Assembly (NCBI GenBank): GCA_005191425.1
Contig: SUPR01000087.1
Span: 1 to 14,406, forward strand
Reading direction: 5' to 3'
From: Candidatus Helarchaeota ASGARD archaeon Hel_GB_B
GTDB lineage: Archaea > Asgardarchaeota > Lokiarchaeia > Helarchaeales > HEL-GB-B
DNA length: 14,406 bases
Part shown: in pieces, positions 7,531 to 14,406 of the stretch
Layout: every line of letters begins with the position of its first letter
Numbering within the stretch: position 1 is the stretch's first letter
Made by a program: the position numbers and the translations under genes
The notes under the pieces: model-generated
The model's input: only the letters and a program-made list of their open reading frames with translations
Database searches by the model: none
What the model was told of the DNA's origin: nothing

Positions 7531-8450
7531 TTAATATCTTCCTCCAATATCTTTAGAAATATTTCTTCAAGTGATGATGGTTTTATCTCACAGGTTATAG
7601 GTTCTATTTTTAATTCTTTGATCAATTCTACAATTTTCGGAAAGTCATCAATTGTATTAGTAGTATAAAAATAAATCTTATTTTTCGTTGACGTTACTTC
7701 ATAAGAAATGCCAAGTTTTTCAAATAATCCGAAATTATCAAAAGGTTTTTCAAATTCTAGCAAAATTTTGGATGCCGGAGCAAATTTTTCACGTAATTCA
7801 TTTGGCGTACCTTTCGCTATGATTCGCCCTTTATTCAAAATTAAGACTTCATCACAGAGAAGATTGGCTTCGATTAAGTTATGTGTCGTTAATAATATAG
7901 TTTTCCCAGTATTTTTCAATTCGAGGATCTTGTTCCTTATAAATTGCAATGAATGAATATCTAGACCTGTAGTTGGTTCATCTAAAAAATAGAAATCTGG
8001 GTCATGCACCATAGCCATACTGATATTAAGTCTTTGTTTCTGACCTTTAGACAACCTTTTAGTGCGGTTATTTATCTTTTCTATAAGTCCAAAATCTTCT
8101 AAAAGTTTTAAACTTCTTGCTTTGCTAATCTTTTTAGGCATGCCATAAACTCCACCTATAAAAAGTAAATTTTTAATTGGGGAATAGTCCAAAAAAGCAT
8201 TGGATATTTCTGGAACAATACCTAATTTTGTTTTCCATTCCTTAGAACGAGGATTGAATGGCTTTCCATCTAATTTAATTTCTCCTGAAGTATATGGTAG
8301 GACTCCCGTTAGTATTCTAATAGTCGTAGTTTTTCCAGCGCCATTTGGCCCAAGTAACCCTGTTATCCTTCCTTCTACAAGGTCGAACGATATAGAATCT
8401 AAAACTTTATTTTGCCCAAAATATTTCACAAGATTATTAATAGACAGCAT
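7527..8450 (-). CDS. ABC-2 type exporter ATP-binding protein
   Basis: Walker A GPNGAGKT, signature LSKGQ, Walker B FYFLDEP, H-loop LTTH, and a C-terminal SLEEIFL segment typical of DrrA/CcmA-like ATPases. Confidence 0.95.
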   Translation of the reverse strand: MLSINNLVKYFGQNKVLDSISFDLVEGRITGLLGPNGAGKTTTIRILTGVLPYTSGEIKLDGKPFNPRSKEWKTKLGIVPEISNAFLDYSPIKNLLFIGGVYGMPKKISKARSLKLLEDFGLIEKINNRTKRLSKGQKQRLNISMAMVHDPDFYFLDEPTTGLDIHSLQFIRNKILELKNTGKTILLTTHNLIEANLLCDEVLILNKGRIIAKGTPNELREKFAPASKILLEFEKPFDNFGLFEKLGISYEVTSTKNKIYFYTTNTIDDFPKIVELIKELKIEPITCEIKPSSLEEIFLKILEEDIK

Positions 8451-8788
8451 TTCAAATTTGCATCCTATATCCTTAAATATTCTGTTTGAATTTTTTTTAT
8501 TTTAATATTAGTGAAACTTATGTATATTTTATTGAATTTTATATAATAAATGGAATAATTTTATCATTTATTATGATCATTTCATTTTTTTACTTAAATA
8601 TTATAAATCTTATTAATTTCTATAATTAGTATATTTATCAATTTCTACAATCTTTTTATGCACATGAAAATATCTTTCAATAGGGTATCAATATTTACGT
8701 ATTTAATTATTTCGAACTCTATCAATATGTTTAAATATTATCGAAAAGCAAAATAGTATTAAAAAGATATTTTAAATGAATATATTCT

Positions 8789-8803
8789 GAAATCATTTAT
8801 ATA
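8789..8803 (+). promoter_or_regulatory. Putative BRE/TATA promoter of the ArsR-family gene
   Basis: TTTATATA at 8796-8803, preceded by GAAA and ending 24 nt before the ATG at 8828. This fits a short-leader or leaderless archaeal transcript. Confidence 0.55.
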
Positions 8804-8827
8804 AGTGAGACAATAAGGAAAATTGTT

Positions 8828-9220
8828 ATGACAATACCAAATAAAAAAGATTTAGAACGGTTAGAGCGATATATTAGGGATTTTAAAAATTTACATGCGA
8901 TAAGTGCATCTAACTATATTTCAAATCTAAGAAATATAATTGAATCCTATCCTCTTAAACAAGTTAAAAAACAATTAGAAGTATTTAAAGCTGTTGAAAA
9001 ATTTAACAGGTTTAAAATTCTTATTTTACTTAACGAAAAAGATAAGATGTGCACTTGTGAAATAATTGGAATTTTAAATCTTTCACAATCTAATGTTTCT
9101 CACCATTTACAAATATTAGAAAGAGCTGAATTGATCACTAATTTCACACAAGGAAAATGGAAATTCTATAAAATTACAGAAAAAGGGAAAAAAATTATCC
9201 AATTTATATTAGATTTATAG
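8828..9220 (+). CDS. ArsR/SmtB family metalloregulator (winged HTH)
   Basis: RFKILILL...MCTCEI...LSQSNVSHHLQIL...QGKWKFYKIT. The CxC matches the alpha3 ELCVCD-type metal(loid) site. Confidence 0.88.
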   Translation: MTIPNKKDLERLERYIRDFKNLHAISASNYISNLRNIIESYPLKQVKKQLEVFKAVEKFNRFKILILLNEKDKMCTCEIIGILNLSQSNVSHHLQILERAELITNFTQGKWKFYKITEKGKKIIQFILDL

Positions 9221-9440
9221 TTATACTTATTTATATTTTTTATTTTACAAATGAAGATATATTGTTTAGTTTTTCTTTATATTCTTTTTTATGCTATTTT
9301 TTACTAATTGTAAATAAAAGATTTCTATTGGAAATGAATTTTTCCTAAAAATTTGTTATGTGTTTATTTTTTTAATTTATCATTGGTTTAGTTTAAGTAA
9401 TAAAAAGATACTTATTACTTATTTTGGTGATATAGTGTCA

Positions 9441-10103
9441 TTAAAACTGCTTTCGTCTAAATATTAAAATTATTAATGTCCAAATCAAGCAAGTTGCTAC
9501 AACACCCACGATTATTGAAAAAACCAAGGGGTCTAATTCAGGAAAAAAAATAGATGGCATTATTGAGATTAAAGAGAGTTGATTACCTATATATATTGAT
9601 AAAATAGCTGCTAAAGCAATTGATGACGATAAAGTACCAATAAGAATTCCTATAGAACATGATATCGACATTGCTGCAATGCTAATAGCAACTGATTTTA
9701 ATGTATCTTTTATCATGACACTAAGGGCAATATTTGATGTGATAACGTCTATTACGAATCCAAAAATAAGTGCAACTACTGTTGCAACAATAAGACACGA
9801 ATAAACTGCAAAAAATTTTGATAATAGAATATTTCTTCTTTTAACAGGCCTAATTAAGAATAATTCATAAACATGCTCTTTCTTCTCCCCTACAATTGAG
9901 GTACTTAAAATAACTGTAGCTAATGTACCCCCAAGACTGGCTATAATTAAACCTACAAGTGCAAAAACTGGCATTTCTTCTGATCCCACTTGAAAATAAT
10001 GTAGCAAAATTGAGATAACAGGAAACCCTATCCATAAAACTATCATTACTTTAGATTTATAAAAACTCTTCATTTCATTTATAAATAATAACCATAAACT
10101 CAT
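9441..10103 (-). CDS. ABC-2 type exporter permease
   Basis: Six hydrophobic segments and the SIVGEKKEHVYELFLIRPVKRRNILLSKF loop typical of ABC-2 permeases. ATGA overlap with the ATPase. Confidence 0.85.
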   Translation of the reverse strand: MSLWLLFINEMKSFYKSKVMIVLWIGFPVISILLHYFQVGSEEMPVFALVGLIIASLGGTLATVILSTSIVGEKKEHVYELFLIRPVKRRNILLSKFFAVYSCLIVATVVALIFGFVIDVITSNIALSVMIKDTLKSVAISIAAMSISCSIGILIGTLSSSIALAAILSIYIGNQLSLISIMPSIFFPELDPLVFSIIVGVVATCLIWTLIILIFRRKQF

Positions 10104-11059
10104 TTTATATTTCCTCCCACATATTTTAAATATACTTCTTCAAGACTTGGTTCTAATAAATTAAAATTACGAATATAACATTTTTGTTCAAGAATTTTAG
10201 CAAGAATTGTATTAATACATTCATCAATATTAGAATTTGGTGATAAATGTGCTATTAATTTATTTGTGTTAATTATTTCAATTGATTCAACACCTGGAAC
10301 CTTATCCAAATCATTACATTGTTTTGACCCTTCTGAAAAAATAATTTCAAGGTCATTTCCTACCTTAAAATCTCTTTGAAGGTCCTTTGGTCTTCCTACC
10401 TTCATAATTTTTCCATGATTTAAAATACCAATTCTTGTTGCGATATTTTGGACATCACTTAATATATGGGATGAAAGAAATATAGTTTTACCTTCATCTG
10501 CCAGTTCTTTAATTATCTTTTTTACTTGATATCTACTTGTTGGGTCAAGTCCCGATAGTGGTTCGTCCAATATTAATAACTCGGGTTTATGTAATAGGGC
10601 TTGAGCTAGCCTAAGTTTTTGTACCATTCCTCCTGAGAGATGCGTGATCTTTTTATTTTTTACATCTTCAAGTCCTACTAATTCTAATATATCTTGAATT
10701 CTTTTTTTTAAAGTATTTCTAGGCAATCCAGATAACATTCCAAAAGTATTAAGAATTCCTGATACAGTCCGCCACCTCTGAAACCCTGCTTCTTGTGGTA
10801 AATATCCTAAAATTTTATGAATGTCTTTTCTTATTTTACGAACTCTTTTTGACCTTATTAATACTTCCCCTTCAAAATCTTGGATCAGTCCAACTATAAT
10901 TTTTATGGTTGTTGTTTTTCCAGAACCATTTGGTCCTATATAACCAAAAATATCTCCTTTTTCAACCATAAAAGAAATGTTTTCTAATGCTCTAATATTT
11001 TTATAATTTTTTGATACATTTTTGAATTCAATAAATGCGCCATCAGAGTTCTCCGTCAT
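10100..11059 (-). CDS. ABC-2 type exporter ATP-binding protein
   Basis: Walker A GPNGSGKT, signature LSGGM, Walker B LLILDEP, H-loop LSSH and C-terminal SLEEVYL. The ATG at 11059 is preferred over the TTG at 11065 because a GGTGGA Shine-Dalgarno-like motif (11071-11066) lies 6 nt upstream. Confidence 0.95.
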   Translation of the reverse strand: MTENSDGAFIEFKNVSKNYKNIRALENISFMVEKGDIFGYIGPNGSGKTTTIKIIVGLIQDFEGEVLIRSKRVRKIRKDIHKILGYLPQEAGFQRWRTVSGILNTFGMLSGLPRNTLKKRIQDILELVGLEDVKNKKITHLSGGMVQKLRLAQALLHKPELLILDEPLSGLDPTSRYQVKKIIKELADEGKTIFLSSHILSDVQNIATRIGILNHGKIMKVGRPKDLQRDFKVGNDLEIIFSEGSKQCNDLDKVPGVESIEIINTNKLIAHLSPNSNIDECINTILAKILEQKCYIRNFNLLEPSLEEVYLKYVGGNIK

Positions 11060-11326
11060 CACCAATCCACCAAATTCAATTTAAATTGTTTATTTTCTTT
11101 TTTATTTTCTAGTAACTGCTAAAAATAAATGTATTCATTAAAAATTTCATTAAAAACCCTTATTATTAACCTTTTTCATATGGTTCAAATTGAAAATTTT
11201 TTAAATTAAACTTCCTTAAAAAATAAAATTTTGGTAGGTTGGGCAATAATTTAAGAAAAACTTGTGTTAATTATATTATATTAATGTTTACATTAAACTA
11301 GTTTAAACAAAAATAGAGTAAAAAAA

Positions 11327-14300
11327 TTAATCAATTGCTTCAATATATAGTTTTATTACTAAATCTTGAATTTTCCAATTTTTAGATTTATCCTGCTTAT
11401 CTTGTGGAATATTCAAAATGAAATCAATTCCATATGTTTGTTGTAGAACGTTACTTTTTATATTTTTAAGGTATATTTCAAATTTTTCCTTCGGAGTAGC
11501 TTCATAATATATTTTTATTTTTTCTCTTCGAGGTTTTAAACCCCTATCTTTTCTCATTTGTTGTATTCTTCGTATTAATTCGCGTTCAAATCCTTCCATC
11601 AATAATTCATCCGTCATTTGGCAATCAAGAACTATTATATAACTATATGTGGCATCAATTGCATATCTTTCCTTATCTATTGGTTCTATTTGAAAAGTTA
11701 TGTTTTTTGGATTTAAATGGAAGTCTTTTTTAAATTCGTTTAGTAAAAATGGTTTGTTTTCTGTAGCAAAATATTTGTATATGTCAAAAAGATCTCTTTT
11801 ATTAATAGATTCTTTTAATTTGGGTATATCTACATCTTCAATTTCAGGGTTGATTTTGTAGTCTATTGTTATCTTACTTCGGAGGTACTTGTCCTCAAAG
11901 GTGTCTAAAATATTTATTTTTTTAATATTTACCTCATTACTTATAATTTTTGTATATTTTTTAAGCGCTGGAGCGATCTTTGGTTTGGTGTAAATATTTG
12001 CTTGTGCTAAAGGTTGTCTAATTCGGATATTTTGTTTATTTCTAAGATTTCTTAATGCTTGAACAATATTCTGAACAATTTGAACCTCATTTTCTATACC
12101 TACATCTATCTGTTTCTCGTCATAATCTGGGTATGGACATAAATTGATGCTCTCTTCTTTATGATTTTTAAATAATTTTTCAGAATCAAGATATATTCGC
12201 TCAGACAAGAATGGTATAAATGGAGCAACTAAACGTATTAAATTGTCAAATATGTAGATTAATATTGCAACAATTAAATTTTTTTCTTCTCCATCAATTC
12301 TTTTACGAATTATTCTTATGTACCAATTTGAAAAATCATTTATCACAAATTTTTCTATTGTAGTAGCTGCAGGATAAATAAGATAATTGTTTAGATATTC
12401 AATAACTCCTTTTATTGTAGAATGTATTCGAGAAATAATCCATTTATCAATTGAAGATTCTATTTTAAAATTTTTGAGTTTAAATTTATCAATATTTTTC
12501 AAATCCTCTTTTGATAAGTTGAGTTTTAAATAGCGATAACTATTCCATAAAGTAACTATAAATTGATTGAACTTAGTTTTAATAGCTTTTAAAGATAATG
12601 CTTTATTTTTATATAATTCGCCACTTGAATAATAGTACCACCTAAATGCATCTGCTCCGTATGTCTTAAATATAGTCCATGGATCAATAATGTTTCCTTT
12701 ACTTTTACTCATTTTTTCGCCAAATTCATCAGTTACAAGTCCCGCACAAATAACATTTTTATACGCATTTGTATCAAATATAATCGTAGAAATTGCGTGT
12801 AATGTATAAAACCATCCTCTTGTTTGGTCTAAAGCTTCGGAAATAAAGTCATATGGGAACGATTTTTTAAATAATTCTTGATTTTCGAAAGGATAATGAA
12901 ATTGAGCAAAAGTCGCAGCCCCAGAATCATACCAGCAATCAATTACCTGGGGGACTCTTGTCATCTCGGAATTACATTTCGGACATTTTAAAACTATTTT
13001 GTCAATATAAGGTCTATGTAAATCTTGAATCGTATATTCTTTGTTTATTTGTTTTTCCTGTAGTTCTTTAATAGAACCTATACACTCTTTATAATTACAT
13101 TCATTATTTGTACATTTCCAAATAGGTAATGGAGTACCCCAATACCTATCTCTTGATAATGCCCAATCTTTTATTTCTACTAAAAAATTACCAAACCGGC
13201 CATGTTTAATATGTAATGGTATCCAATTAATTTTTTCGTTAAATTCAATTAGTTCATCCCGTTTTTCAGACATTTTTATAAACCATGATTTTTTAGCATA
13301 ATATAAAAGAGCTGTACTACACCGCCAACAAAATGGATAATCGTGTTCTATTTTCCCTTGACTAAACAATATTTTTCTTTTTTTCAAATCCTCTAAAATT
13401 GTTTTATCAGCCTTCTTGAAATATTTTCCAGCAACAAAAGAGATTTTATCATTAAAAGTCCCATCTTCATTAATTGGATTAAATACTGGTAGGCTATAGA
13501 TCTTACCAATATAAAAGTCATCTTCACCAAACCCTGGAGCTATATGTACAATCCCTGTCCCTCTATCAGTTGTCACAAAATCTCCATTAATTGTCCTATA
13601 AATATATTCGTGATATTTTGGTTCTATTTTATCTGATATATCGTATAGCGGTATATACTTCTGGTCAATCAAATCCGTTCCAAAATATTCTTTTAATATT
13701 TCATATTTGTCTTCAGATGAAAATACTAGTTCTAAACATTCCTTTGCCAATATATAATTTACTTCTTTATTTAATTCTTTATCAAAATATTTTATTTTAA
13801 CATATCTTGTGTCTGGATTTAATGCTAATGCAAGATTTGAAACTAAGGTCCAAGGCGTTGTTGTCCAAACTAAATAATAGGTATTTTCAATATTAGCCGA
13901 TTTAAACCTCAACACAATTGATGGATCTTCAACTTTTTTGTACCCTAATGATACTTCATGGCTTGATAAAGGTGTTTGACAACGAGGGCAATAAGCTATA
14001 ATTTTATAATCTTCTGTTAATAGTCCTTTATTCCAAATTTCCTTTAAAGACCACCATATTGACTCCATATAATTATTTTCTAATGTCATATATGGATTAG
14101 TCATATCCAGCCAAAATCCCATTCTATTTGTAAGTTCTTCCCAATCTGATTTATACTTAAAAATATTTTCCTTGCAGTATTTATTAAATTTCTCTATACC
14201 CACTTTAAGAATATCTTTTTTGGTTTTCAAATTTAGTTCTTTTTCTACTTCTATTTCTACAGGGAGGCCATGACAGTCCCAACCAGCTTTCCTAGGAACG

Positions 14301-14406
14301 TTATATCCTGACATAAATTTAAAACGATTAATTAAATCTTTTATAGACCTAGTTAATACATGATGAGCCCCAGGTCTACCGTTTGCTGTAGGTGGGCCTT
14401 CTATAA
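11327..14406 (-). CDS. ileS: Isoleucine--tRNA ligase, type 2 (IleRS2); 5'-truncated at window edge
   Basis: The frame is open from 14404 (IEGPPTANGRPGAHHVLTRSIKD) and continues through GWDCHGLP, CPRC, CP1 editing motifs WTTTPWTL and GTGIVHIAPGFGEDD, DWALSRDRYWGTPLPIW, DQTRGWFY and KMSKS. The type-2 C-terminus EGFERELIRRIQQMRK has no C-terminal zinc finger. Confidence 0.97.
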   Translation of the reverse strand, partial: IEGPPTANGRPGAHHVLTRSIKDLINRFKFMSGYNVPRKAGWDCHGLPVEIEVEKELNLKTKKDILKVGIEKFNKYCKENIFKYKSDWEELTNRMGFWLDMTNPYMTLENNYMESIWWSLKEIWNKGLLTEDYKIIAYCPRCQTPLSSHEVSLGYKKVEDPSIVLRFKSANIENTYYLVWTTTPWTLVSNLALALNPDTRYVKIKYFDKELNKEVNYILAKECLELVFSSEDKYEILKEYFGTDLIDQKYIPLYDISDKIEPKYHEYIYRTINGDFVTTDRGTGIVHIAPGFGEDDFYIGKIYSLPVFNPINEDGTFNDKISFVAGKYFKKADKTILEDLKKRKILFSQGKIEHDYPFCWRCSTALLYYAKKSWFIKMSEKRDELIEFNEKINWIPLHIKHGRFGNFLVEIKDWALSRDRYWGTPLPIWKCTNNECNYKECIGSIKELQEKQINKEYTIQDLHRPYIDKIVLKCPKCNSEMTRVPQVIDCWYDSGAATFAQFHYPFENQELFKKSFPYDFISEALDQTRGWFYTLHAISTIIFDTNAYKNVICAGLVTDEFGEKMSKSKGNIIDPWTIFKTYGADAFRWYYYSSGELYKNKALSLKAIKTKFNQFIVTLWNSYRYLKLNLSKEDLKNIDKFKLKNFKIESSIDKWIISRIHSTIKGVIEYLNNYLIYPAATTIEKFVINDFSNWYIRIIRKRIDGEEKNLIVAILIYIFDNLIRLVAPFIPFLSERIYLDSEKLFKNHKEESINLCPYPDYDEKQIDVGIENEVQIVQNIVQALRNLRNKQNIRIRQPLAQANIYTKPKIAPALKKYTKIISNEVNIKKINILDTFEDKYLRSKITIDYKINPEIEDVDIPKLKESINKRDLFDIYKYFATENKPFLLNEFKKDFHLNPKNITFQIEPIDKERYAIDATYSYIIVLDCQMTDELLMEGFERELIRRIQQMRKDRGLKPRREKIKIYYEATPKEKFEIYLKNIKSNVLQQTYGIDFILNIPQDKQDKSKNWKIQDLVIKLYIEAID

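Noticed and set aside
8452-8463. Tiny out-of-frame upstream ORF (MQI-stop) just before the ABC ATPase start
   Set aside because: Too short to distinguish from chance, with no leader-peptide features.
7708-8505. Plus-strand ORFs 7708-7956 and 8200-8505
   Set aside because: Typical antisense translations of an ABC ATPase (VVFPAPFGP is the reverse-strand reading of Walker A).
11077-11306. Perfect palindromes CAATTTAAATTG (11077-11088) and TTAAACTAGTTTAA (11293-11306)
   Set aside because: At this AT content a rough calculation (about 0.3 match probability per pair) predicts several 12-14 bp palindromes by chance in 14 kb, and there is no independent support.
13591-13800. 69-aa plus-strand ORF
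   Set aside because: Antisense shadow within ileS.

Overview
AT-rich archaeal chromosomal window (roughly 25-30% GC by eye). The archaeal assignment rests on an SRP RNA with both an Alu domain and helix 6, TATA-like promoters, an NcsA/Ctu1-type thiolase and an MBTPS2-like site-2 protease. An Asgard/Lokiarchaeia-like host is plausible but is inference only. Left to right: 5'-truncated M50 site-2 protease with PDZ and a large sequon-rich insertion; tRNA 2-thiolation enzyme; solitary gamma-class N6-adenine DNA methyltransferase; SRP (7S) RNA (minus strand); tRNA-Ser(GCT); solitary C5-cytosine methyltransferase with divergent motifs; small Cys/His-rich protein; two ABC-2 exporter pairs flanking an ArsR/SmtB regulator; and a 5'-truncated type-2 isoleucyl-tRNA synthetase. 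The strongest unusual signal is upstream of the ORF-track start: the IleRS HIGH signature reads GAHH, the swapped GxHH form linked to mupirocin hyper-resistance in bacterial IleRS2, in an enzyme that otherwise looks bacterial. No integrase, transposase, CRISPR array or restriction endonuclease is visible, and I cannot support a complete new multi-gene system. The findings are individual oddities and hypotheses.
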